DNA of 63,881 bases, counting the filler, from Octopus bimaculoides (taxonomy: Eukaryota): the NCBI RefSeq assembly GCF_001194135.2. It is 6 parts of 6 records of this genome, joined end to end, with 100 filler letters (N's around TTAATTAATTAA, not from the genome) between each part and the next. Parts side by side here need not be neighbours in the genome. Positions count along the whole stretch, not along the records: positions 33,922 to 40,028 come from NC_068986.1; positions 40,129 to 47,896 come from NC_069008.1; positions 47,997 to 62,780 come from NC_068993.1; 3 more parts are not named here. One strand, written 5' to 3'. The translations under genes were made by a program, and so were the position numbers. The notes under the pieces were generated by a model, which worked only from the letters and a program-made list of their open reading frames with translations, had not been told where the DNA came from and searched no databases. Shown here piece after piece: positions 39,860 to 50,408 of this stretch (position 1 is the stretch's first letter; the number at the start of each line of letters is the position of its first letter).

Positions 39860-40028
39860 GATTTAAATACTATTTCTAGAACGCACACAAACAATAACAG
39901 TGCGCTCCTTCGTATTGGGGTCCTATATGTGACACGATATATTTATAATTTCTATCTATCTATCATCTACCTACGTATCTACATACATACGTACATATAC
40001 ATAATACACACATACACTATATATATAT

Positions 40029-40128
40029 NNNNNNNNNNNNNNNNNNNNNNNNNNNNNNNNNNNNNNNNNNNNTTAATTAATTAANNNNNNNNNNNNNNNN
40101 NNNNNNNNNNNNNNNNNNNNNNNNNNNN
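40029..40128. other. Artificial scaffold linker N44-TTAATTAATTAA-N44
   Basis: Same 100-bp structure. Confidence 0.95.
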
Positions 40129-40141
40129 ACGACTTTTTTTT

Positions 40142-40177
<36 letters not shown>

Positions 40178-40244
40178 CAAAGAATATATATACATGTATA
40201 CACACATATATGTACATACTTACATCTACATATGTATATATATG

Positions 40245-40400
40245 CATATCAGGGCACAGGACGTTAGAACAATGAACTACAGACAACGGAACGAACACAT
40301 AGGAAAACGGAAAGCCACTTGGAATATTCCTTCATCAGCTGTCTCTATTCTAACTAGACGTTTCGAAGATAAGACAGCTTTTATTTTTGAGTAGTGGATC
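40245..40400 (-). repeat. Penelope-like interspersed repeat; partial copy in the opposite orientation at ~13210-13278
   Basis: ATGCATATCAGGG(C/T)ACAGGACGTTAGAACAAT(G/A)AACTACAGACAACGGAACGAACA is shared between the two loci; contains CTGATGAAGG and CGAAACGTC pieces typical of PLE repeats. Confidence 0.5.
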
Positions 40401-42364
40401 AACCCACTACACAGAGTGAGTGGACAAACGAAAGAGGGGCACTCAACCAATTTATTGGGAGTTACATGTATGGATCAAAACAGTTTGATTCAAATTCGTT
40501 GATATTTTTGAGTTTCAAGCATGATGCTAGCCGTCAGCCATGGCTTGACAGCTGATGTTGGCATGTTTACGTTCCCGTAACTTTGTGGTTCAGCAAAAGA
40601 GGTCGATAGAATAAGTACTAGACTTAAGAAACAAGTCCTGGGGTCGATTTGCTCGATTAAAACCCTTCAAGGCAGTGCTCGAGAATGACCGTGGCAAAAT
40701 GATTGAAACAAGTAAAAGATAAAAGATGGGGATTATTCGAATAATATACGTGTACATATGTATATGCATGTACACGTGTGTGTGCGTGTGTGTGAATGCT
40801 ATTACATCATAGGTGATTATAACGTCACAAAACTTGAAGACATCTTCCCCAGTTCTGTCATCGAGATTCGCGTTGCCATATCCGCCTGCCAGTTGAAGTC
40901 TTTCTAACTTCAGTTTACTTTAAATATTTTAAGTTACTAATAATCTTATTAACCTACTGGTTGTTTCTTTTTGTTTTTTTATTTTCGTTTTTCACTTCAA
41001 ACAAAAACAAAAACTTTTTACCTTTCTTCGTCTATATCTGGTTGTTTGATTAATCGATTGATTGACTCCTTATTGATTTATCAATTTAGATCAATCCATA
41101 TATTTTATTTTATACTAACTTAACTAATAGCTTTATCAATCTATTTCATTCCTGGCTTTATTCTCTTTATCGATTACATTGATCTAGTAATTAGAATCAG
41201 TCTATCGTTAACTTTAAATAGTCCATCCATCCTTTGTATTTTTCTTTCAACCGATTGAATCATTGATTAATAACTTACCGATCTATTGTGATATCCAGTT
41301 CATTGCTCACTTTAGCAGTTTACTGACCTTATAGACTTCTTTCTATTTTCCCGTTATTGTTGCGTTCTTTATATATTTTTATTTTATCGATGACGAATTG
41401 ATCCTTTGATTTAAACTAATCTCTACATTGATCTGATTTGCAACTAACTCTTTCCCCTTATCATTTCTTTGTGTATCTGTATGTTAATCTATTAGTAACT
41501 TATTGACCTGTTGGTACATTCAATTCATCGATAACTTTATCAGTCAATTGACTCTATATTTCTACCTCTCCTTCCTATTTTACTGTTTTTCTTTTATTTT
41601 TGTTTGTAGTTCTTCCTTCCCTTCTTTCCCTCTTTTCTCACTCTAACTCTCACCTTAATCTATTGATTCAAACTATTCCACAATTTTTTCTGATTTTAAC
41701 CCACAACTTTATCAATCCCTTGTTGTACTTTATCAATCCCTTGTACTTTATCAATCCCCCGTTCTCTTTTTGCATATTTGCTTATTTCATTGATCTATTA
41801 ATATATTCAATTTATTTCGGGCCTTGTGCCTAGAAAAGAAAACAATATATTCAGATTATCGATATCTCTATAGTCTCGATCTTATTTCTTTTTTGTCTTT
41901 TTCTTTTCCTTTTATTCTTTCCTTTCTTACTCCCCCTCTTTCTCTCCATCTCTCTCTGTTCACCCTCTCTTGCATTTTCGTATGATTTCCTTTTCTTTCG
42001 TTTGATTACTTACTGATATATTATTGATTTAAACTAATCCATATATTTGATATTTAACTAACATCTTTATCAATACATTTATAGTTCCCTTCGCTACCCT
42101 CTCTCTATCTGTGTATTTGCTTGTTTATTTTATTGCTTAGTTATTGATCTATTGATATATATTCAGTTTATCTAACACTTTATATCAGTATATATATTTT
42201 GTTTTTCTCATTTTCTTCATTTTTCATTTTTGATCCCCATCCCACCGCTCTCCCTTTCCCCATTCTGTGCGCTTCATTTGATTTCCTTTTAATTTTAATT
42301 AAAACCAATCCATTTATTTCACTTTTAATTCCAATTAATTTACTTTCTTTTCCTCACTCATTCT

Positions 42365-42510
42365 TACTTAAGTACAGAGGTCCCGAACAGTGTATACTCG
42401 TTAGGGTTAGTTTTAAGGTTAGCTTCTAAGGTTAGGGTTAGTTTGTAGGGTTAGGCTTACCTTCCCTTTATATCGTTACGTTGATGCGTCGGGACCTCTG
42501 TATTTAAGTA
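42365..42510. mobile_element. 146-bp hairpin element (MITE-like) with 22-bp TIRs enclosing degenerate TTAGGG repeats
   Basis: TACTTAAGTACAGAGGTCCCGA (42365-42386) versus TCGGGACCTCTGTATTTAAGTA (42489-42510), 21/22 complementary; interior TTAGGGTTAG/TAAGGTTAG units. Confidence 0.7.
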
Positions 42511-42640
42511 GTACCACTCTATATTTGTTCCTGTTTTAATTTCTTGGCATATTGTTTCCTTTTCTTCTTTCTTTGTTGAGTGTTTTCTGCTTATTTCTGT
42601 TAGTTCTGCATTTTATATTTTTGTGTCTATTCGTGAAATA

Positions 42641-43177
42641 ATGTACTCTCGTCCATATCTCTTGCCCAATGTGGCAGAATTTTCTCCTTCATATTCTCGT
42701 TCCTATCGTCACGCTTCTTCGTCGTCGTCTTCCGTTAAATTGCCGCCGTTAAAGTTGTCAACATCTAAGAATTTATCAGTGCTAAAATCGTCTTCGTCTT
42801 TTCTGTCGACTTCAGTGAATTTGCCATCACCAAATACATTTCCGTTGTGTTCAGTGTCACCGCCTGCGCTTTCAGAGTCTGTATCATCGTTACCTAAAAT
42901 ATGTAAAACGTCAGATGACTATCTAGACACTATTAAACGTAGAGCTCATTACTTTACCCTTTTCAGGAATCCTACTCCCGGCACTACCCCTAAGATACCC
43001 GCTGAGTCAAAGATACGCCTCAACAGGAAACTGTATCCACTTCTAACCCAGAAATTCAATCAGAAGAAAGTTGTGAAGTTTGACCCATTGGAGACTGTCT
43101 ACGAGATACCTACTTTGGAGGAACTGCAGAGCGAAAAGAAGGAGCTGAAACGACCGACCCATAGAAGGAAGAGCTGA
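42641..43177 (+). CDS. Orphan 178-aa Ser/Pro-rich ORF with C-terminal RVxF-like PP1-docking motif (KKVVKFDPLETVYEIP)
   Basis: ATG at 42641 (gaaataATG) to TGA 43175-43177 with non-repetitive protein-like sequence. Upstream acceptor-like tttctgttag (AG 42602-42603); downstream donor ATG|gtatgt (43192) followed by T-rich intron-like sequence. No family recognised. Confidence 0.5.
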   Translation: MYSRPYLLPNVAEFSPSYSRSYRHASSSSSSVKLPPLKLSTSKNLSVLKSSSSFLSTSVNLPSPNTFPLCSVSPPALSESVSSLPKICKTSDDYLDTIKRRAHYFTLFRNPTPGTTPKIPAESKIRLNRKLYPLLTQKFNQKKVVKFDPLETVYEIPTLEELQSEKKELKRPTHRRKS

Positions 43178-43856
43178 AGAGAAAGCGAATGGTATGTTTT
43201 TGATTTTTACTGTTTATTTTTTTCTAATGGTAAGCATGTTGTAGCATTTATTCTCTTATTTTTTGTTTTTCGTTTATTTTTCTGCTTTTCTTATTTTATT
43301 TTTACTTTTTGTATATCTTTTATCTGAGGTTTATTCGCTTATTTAGACTGTATGTGTGTACGCGTGAATGTAAAGATACACACACACACGTTTTAAAATT
43401 CTTTTTACTTGTTATAGTCATTAGACTGCGGTTGGTACTCGTTTCTCTCTTGGAGACGAGTACCAACGTTCCATGTGGCAGGCTTCGGTATGAAACTAAT
43501 GGTTACCTTGTTAGCCCATAAATAAAGAGAATTTATCTACCAATGAGGTGTCAAGTCCTCATTCTCACTGTTCAGTTGAATTAGGTACTTAAGTTGAAGC
43601 ACCAAATCAGTGCGATATTATCCGTACAATTCAAAGTAAGGTGAATAAAATCAAAATAAACAACAAGATATCAAGAGGTGATGCAGTACGACCGTTTCAA
43701 GCAGCTCTATTTAACTGAACAATGCAATCATTTCATCAGTTTAAATGCAGAGCTACCCTCAGCTGCATAAATAAATGAATAGAATTTTGAATCAGTTTTG
43801 AATCTTATTTTNNNNNNNNNNACATACATACTTACATACATGCATACATACATATA

Positions 43857-43891
<35 letters not shown>

Positions 43892-44919
43892 GTGTATATA
43901 TAAATCCCCAAAACGGAATAAGAACGTAACAGACGACAATAAAAACATATGGACAGATAGATGATACAAAGATAGACAGGAAAAAACAAGGACGGATCAT
44001 TCGTGGCCTATTCATCAGTCAAGTTTCCAATTTATCATTACTGTTTCGGCCTATTACACTTGAGACTATTCAAAATTGGCTGGCCCCAAAACTCTAAGCT
44101 AAGAGCATTAAATTTTTGGAAGAAAGCAAGTGAATGTGTACAACAACACAAACAAAAAAAAAAGAGAAAACGGAGAAAATGTTACATGATTACAAATTTA
44201 AAGCAATAAGAGAATAACAACAGGTGCCTTTCGACTAATAAGGACGAATCCAGTTGAGCTGGCGCGTGGAGTGAAAACCTTGAGGCACAAACATAGATGA
44301 ATATATGTGTGTGTAGGATAAAGTATCCAGGTGGGTACCATACGAGCACTCTGTTATGATTCAAATCATGGCTAACTGCATTGGGTTGTAAGGAACATCC
44401 TGGGTTACTTAAGGTGAACAATCCCAATGTATTTCACCTGATGGGTAAATTCTGGGTTTGCTTCGCTGGATTATAAATATTTTATTGAGTGTATATCCAA
44501 GACAATTACAGTGAATATGGGAATTAGAGCATCGGCGTATCTTTTAGGTCTACAGTCAATTAGACAGCATATTTGGTTTAAATGTGTCTGACACACGTTT
44601 CTGCTGCATAGGCATCTTGCAATGGTATTTGCATCCAGTTACTTTCAACTGGTTATTAGTCTATGCAACTTTATTCAAGTTCCATCCACTGATGTGATCT
44701 GAAGTGAAGTGTGTGAAAGATTAGCTAGCTTTATGTTTGGTGGGTTATTCTTGTCTTTGAGTACATAGAATATGAAAAGAAGAAACCTGATACAGCTATA
44801 AAAACTGTTATACACTTGACCGTGTCCTGACCTTAGGTTGGAATTTCGAACTGAAAATACGAGACATTGATTAGGTCAAAGTATGTATGTTTTAAAACAT
44901 TAGCCTTAGGTGAATTATG

Positions 44920-45055
44920 CTACTCTCTTCGAATTTGGCATTTCTTCAAGCTGTTCCTTCTGCTTCCTCCATCATCTCATCGCCTTTTCTGAAACGCCAA
45001 ACTCTCTTTCTGCAGCTCTTGTTCCATGTTCTTTAAAACTCTTTCTCTTTCTCAT
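44920..45055 (-). mobile_element. pogo/Tigger-like transposase N-terminal HTH (Brinker-type) remnant
   Basis: KEHGTRAAEREFGVSEKAMR*WRKQKEQLEEMPNSKR matches the pogo/Tigger pattern HGNRAA.R.FGV.EK.VR.WRKQ...L; in-frame stop present. Confidence 0.65.
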
Positions 45056-45927
45056 GATTAGGGTTTGTAATTATTAACATTTTAAAGCTAAAAATCGGGG
45101 TGAATCGATGTAAACAAATGCAATACGCAGGCTTCCGGTTTCAGCTTTATAGTAAACAGATGTCACAAAAATGTTTCCATAACAACTTGAAAATGGAAAA
45201 GCCCAGGCCCAGGGTATGTGCCTGGACTGTTGGTACGCTACCGTCTACTTCAGGTACCTGTGATGTCAAGTGGATAGGTCGCACCCTTGAACTTTATTGA
45301 AATTTTTGGTAAAAAAGTGAGACCTAGCTGCGAGTATATACAGTATATGTTTTCGATATTGAAGTAATTCTTCTTGGTTTTCCTTATCATGACAAATGCA
45401 TATCAAAATTATATATAAATCCTGAAATATGTTAAAACAAACCGTAACTTCTACCCTAATATCTATACTTACATTTAGGATGAAATCTTCAGCTAAAGAC
45501 ATGTCATCGGTCTCACTGGTTCAGTGTAACAAAATACGAAAATGTTGTTAGAGAACATTTTTATGGAAGAAAGTTGGTAAAACAATTGAAAAATTCAATT
45601 TGTGACAACGAGGTAATTTCTTTTGCCGTTGTTTTAGAAAGACCACTGATTAATCTGAACATGGTAAGTTGACAAAAAGTTTCTTTATGAATGTAATAAA
45701 ATGTGTAAATAACAGAATTTTACAGTAATTAGGCAGAAGTGAAGTGTAAGCACCCCTGCCCCTACTGTTTTTTTTTTTTAATTTCTTTAGATTCCTATGT
45801 TTTCGATACCTTCAAGGAGCTCCTTTAGAAACGCACCTCCTTAAGAAAATGAAATGCAATTTTTAAAAAAAGTTATGAAAATAGAAAATATATACAAAAA
45901 ATGAAGTATGCAAAAAATTGGAATGAT

Positions 45928-46687
45928 TGGATCTTTGTGATTTGACGGGCAACATTTTTTTATGTAGTGTTTTTGGTACCGAAACACTTTCAAACTTCGA
46001 ATACTTGTATATTTTGTGGTATAGAACAGATAAAAAATTTTGTATTCGAAGTTATTTCATGTAAAAAATTGTCGATTTCGGTAATTTCAACCAATCACTG
46101 ACGTCTATTGAGGTGAAAACAATTACGCCGTGGAATATAAACAAACATATCGAATGATACAAAGGGAGGCAATTTACTTTTACCAGTCAGGTATTATTAA
46201 TGATACGAGGAGCCCGACAATATCCTTTGCAAATTCTTGGTTGTTTTTAATCAGATTTTTTTTACTGTGCACACTCGTTAGNNNNNNNNNNNNNNNNNNN
46301 NNNNNNNNNTTTGCCATAACCTTAACTCTAACCCTATAACTCATAACCATAACCCTAACCCTAACCCTAAAACCCGAACCCTAACCCTAAAACCCGAACC
46401 CTAACCCTAAAACCCTAAACCCTTACTAGGGAATAATGATATAATTAAACAGGGAATAACACACTTGACACCGAACAGCACTAACTGTATTCAGCTGAAT
46501 AGACGCCAGAGATTGGTTGAAATTACAGAAATACGACAACTTTAACATGAAATAATTTGCGATGTACAATTTTTTGTTAAGAAGGTTAAGAGAAGAAATT
46601 GTTTTATATGACACATTCTACCAGTGTCCCAAGTTTGAAAGTGTTTCGTTAAGAAAACAAATGGTGCCCGTCAAATCAAAAAGATCC
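45928..46687. mobile_element. Foldback element with ~190-bp imperfect inverted arms enclosing a (CCCTAA)n-like tract (46310-46424)
   Basis: Left arm 45928-46116 (GGATCTTTGTGATTTGACGGGC...GTAATTTCAACCAATCACTGACGTCTATT) pairs with right arm 46491-46687 (AATAGACGCCAGAGATTGGTTGAAATTAC...GCCCGTCAAATCAAAAAGATCC). Confidence 0.7.
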
Positions 46688-47896
46688 GAAAGATTAATCC
46701 ATTTTCTAATAATTTATACTAAAAAAATAAAAACAACGGAAAGCGGGGACCTGTGGAATATAAACAAACATATCGAATGATACAAAGGGAGGCAATTTAC
46801 TTTTACCAGTCAGGTATTATTAATGATACGAGGAGCCCGACAATATCCTTTGCAAATTCTTGGTTGTTTTTAATCAGATTTTTTTTACTGTGCACACTCG
46901 TTAGGGTTAAGCTTGGAATGACGCAATGTTCTAGACGCCATATAGAAAGATTAAGGATTAGAGTTTTCTGGAAGACCTGATGGAAGCCCCTTATGCACTT
47001 GCGCAATCATCATCAGCAGCTAGACTTCACCCTCGATAATTCACCAAAGCGTTCACGTCTACCGCTAACCTGAGATGGAATTTTTCCCAGTGAAAATAAA
47101 TTGTTGTTGTTATTTAGAGGGATCTTGTCCTCGCTTTTCTTCTTTCAAGTAATGTGTATGGAATTGCGATGCACCCAGCCAGTGTTTATCATTTTCCTAC
47201 AATTGGTGACCCCGACTAAGAATATTAGCAGCCAAACTTCTATCAATGGATAAAACGAACCAAGAATTTCGTCTCTGACTAGCGAACATTATTTTGAAAA
47301 AAACTCCCCAAAAAATAAAACGTCCGACATTTTGCCGTTTCCACAGTGGAGAAAGAAAAGACGAAGCCGTCTACTTCAGATTCCTGTGATGTCAAAGTGG
47401 ATAAGGTCGCACTCCTGAACTTTATTGAAATTTTTGGTAAGAAAGTGAGACCTATCCGCGAGTCTATGCTCTCATCCAACAACGAACTACGACGATGAAG
47501 ACGGAGGGAAAATTAATTCTCATCAAATATACAGAATAGTTGAGTTCGTTTGAAGAGTTGACGGTTCTGTTACTCAGGAAAACAAACGCCGGCACCACGT
47601 GGGTTGTGCAGCCATTTTCTTTCAGACACGTGCTTTCTACAGTTTTTTTTAACTGCTATTTTTAGCAGTGAAATTAACTTTTTTTCATTGCAAACAGTAC
47701 ACGAAAACAAAAAAAATTTTCTTAAGATTTTTTTTCCTTTTGTGCACACATTTCATTGCTCCACGAAATTTTTTTTTTGTCGGTTTTGTGGTTATTTTCT
47801 TTTACTTGTGTGTTTCTCTCATTACCGAGGTCTTTGTTTTTTTCATCGCCAATTTCCATTCGTTTTTTTTCGTGTCACAAAAAAAAAAAAAAAAAA

Positions 47897-47996
47897 NNNN
47901 NNNNNNNNNNNNNNNNNNNNNNNNNNNNNNNNNNNNNNNNTTAATTAATTAANNNNNNNNNNNNNNNNNNNNNNNNNNNNNNNNNNNNNNNNNNNN
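47897..47996. other. Artificial scaffold linker N44-TTAATTAATTAA-N44
   Basis: Same 100-bp structure. Confidence 0.95.
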
Positions 47997-48312
47997 ATAT
48001 GTATATACACATATATATTTTCATACACAGAAAAAAGCCTCTTAGCTTTAGTATGGAGGCTATGATGATAAATTTAACATGTAGTTCCAAGAAATAAACT
48101 ATAGCATACTGGATAACCAGATGTGTGAAGAGAGTGGGTACTGTAGTCTTTGAGATACAAGTCGAATTTTTCAGACCAAAATTTACTGCCAAAAAAAAAA
48201 AAAAAAGGTCGGTCAACTTAAGGACCAAGACAACTTCGGAGGTTTGAAAATTCCATATGAAATGCAGTAGGATTTGGAAAAAAAATAGGAAATATATTTA
48301 ATAAATAGTTAC

Positions 48313-48998
48313 CTTTTCTGATTCCGACGGTGAAGGTTTCCCATTTAAACTTGTTGTATGTGGTGAAAGATTATTGAGGGACAGTCCAACAGGAACTGCA
48401 GCATGGTTAGGAAGACCAAGGTACGGGCTGCTCACGTACTGAGGCGGTGGAGCAACCCCAAAAGGTGTCCGGCTACCAACCAAAGCGGACATTTCTGTAG
48501 GGGAAGATGTTAATGGCAGACGTTGTTGATGGTTACTATGAGCGGGGGGTGGAGTTATAATAGCTTCTACCTTTGACTGAGAGGCACTCAGATTTACAGA
48601 GTCTTCGGATGAAGATTTCTCCAGCTTCATTTCATATCTTGGCTTGGACAGATTTAAGGGCATGTCTTGGTCACTGGCAGCGGCAGCAGCAGCGGCAGCA
48701 ACAGCAGCTGCTGCTGCTACTGCGACGGACGAGTTGTATCCGGTTGAGTTGTTTGCCCAGATGTTGTTGGCCTGTACAGCCGTAGCAGTGGTGGCCATTG
48801 CAGGATTGGCGTGAGGAGATGACACAGGACTATGGTGCTGAAGACTCGGGGAAGGCAATGTTCTGGGTATTGATGCTGCGGTCAAGTGGTATGGTGAGGT
48901 AGCAATGTGAGGAGAAGATGAGACGCGGCGTGATTCCACGCTGATTGGTGAGGAGATTTTCGATGAAGAACATGACTGACTAATCACAGGCGTTGAAA
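48313..48998 (-). CDS. Internal coding exon (686 nt) of a transcription factor/co-repressor-recruiting protein; best guess SoxD (Sox5/Sox6-like), region N-terminal to the HMG box
   Basis: Open frame STPVISQS...AVAVAAAAAVAAAAAAASDQDMPLNLSKPRYEMK...TPPPAHSNH...LNGKPSPSESEK. Polypyrimidine acceptor ttttgttttgttttcag (AG at 49000-48999, phase 1) and donor AAG|gtaact (GT at 48312-48311, phase 0). GC and codon complexity are well above the flanks. PLNLS is a PxDLS-type CtBP motif, as in SoxD proteins, but ZEB, PRDM, TCF and others also carry it. No DNA-binding domain seen, so no symbol given. Confidence 0.88.
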
Positions 48999-49860
48999 CT
49001 GAAAACAAAACAAAACAAAAGAATTATTTAGATTATATATAAAACAAAAAATAAGTAAATAATAATAATCCTTTCTACTAAAGGTATAAAGCCTGAAATT
49101 TTGGGGGTGGGGGGGGGGTCAGTTGATTACATCAACCCCAGTACTCAACTGGTACTTATTTTATAGACCTCAGAAAGATGAAAGGCAAAGTCAACCCCAG
49201 TGGCGTTTGAACTCACAATGTGACGACAGACAAAATGTCGCAAAACATTTTACCTGGCACACTAATGATTCTACACATGTAAATTCAAATAATATACACA
49301 CTCATATATATATACATATATACACACACAAACAATGAAGCCTAGTGCAGTCTACTGCTTAGCCAGTGCCTGCTAAATCATTCAACCCATGCCAGCATGG
49401 AAAATGGACATTAAATGATGATGATGATACAGACACATATGCATATTCAGACATATGCACACACACATATATATATATACACACATGTACAGACAAATAT
49501 GTATACATTTATACATATACACATATAACCATGCACATACGTTCACAGACACACACCCACCCACAAAAATTTTAAAAATACAATGCTGAAGTGTAATGTA
49601 ACTTGGTGAAAAGGGAACAATACAATAACTGGTGTAGATTTTGATCTCACAACCTTCAGGTTCAGTAGTCCAGCTTCTGAACAAACCAAACAACAATGAA
49701 ACAACCACAAAACAAAATAACTTTTCCCCAACACACACACACACAAAACCATTAACTACAATACAGAGGAGTTCAAATAATGATCATTTACAACCATTAT
49801 TTATTAGAGTTCTATGAAAACTGTGTGTTATCTGAGAAATGTTTAAATATTTATAGTCAA

Positions 49861-50408
49861 TAATCCTTTCTACTATAGGCACAAGGCCTGAAATTTGGAG
49901 GAGGGTGATAGTCGATTACATCGACCCCAGTACTCAACTGGTACTTAATTTATCGACCCCGAAAGGATGAAAGGCAAAGTCGACCTCGGTGGAATTTGAA
50001 CTCAGAACGTAGCTGCAGATGAAATACTGCTAAGCATTTCACCTGGTATACTTACAACTCTGCCAGCTAACCACCTTACTTATAATAATAATAATAATAA
50101 TCCTTTCTACTAAAGGCACAAGACCTGAAATTTGAAGCAAGAGGACTAGCCAATTACATTGACCCCAGTACTTTACTGGTACTTATTTCATTAACTTCAA
50201 AAGGATGAAAGTCAAAACTGACCTTAGCAAAATTTGAACTCAGAAAGGGAAGATAAATGAAACACTTCAAAGCATTTTGATGACAATAATGATAGTAGTT
50301 CTTTCGACTATAAGCACAAAACTTGTAATTTTGGCAGGAAAGGATTATTTGATTAATTGACTCTAGTATTTAACTGGTATTTACTTCATCAACCTTGAAA
50401 GAATGAAA
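49861..50408 (-). repeat. Head-to-tail stack of three same-family SINE copies
   Basis: Each unit begins (plus strand) with a version of TCCTTTCTACTA(T/A)AGGCACAAG at ~49864, ~50101 and ~50300, with increasing divergence. Confidence 0.75.

Noticed and set aside
43985-44070. Additional hammerhead ribozymes (CTGATGA and GAAAC pieces here and at ~40325-40370)
   Set aside because: Core halves are in the wrong order or lack stem I/II pairing; at most degraded Penelope-repeat remnants.
46310-46424. True telomere or chromosome-fusion site
   Set aside because: Short, degenerate, and enclosed by inverted arms of a repeat element.
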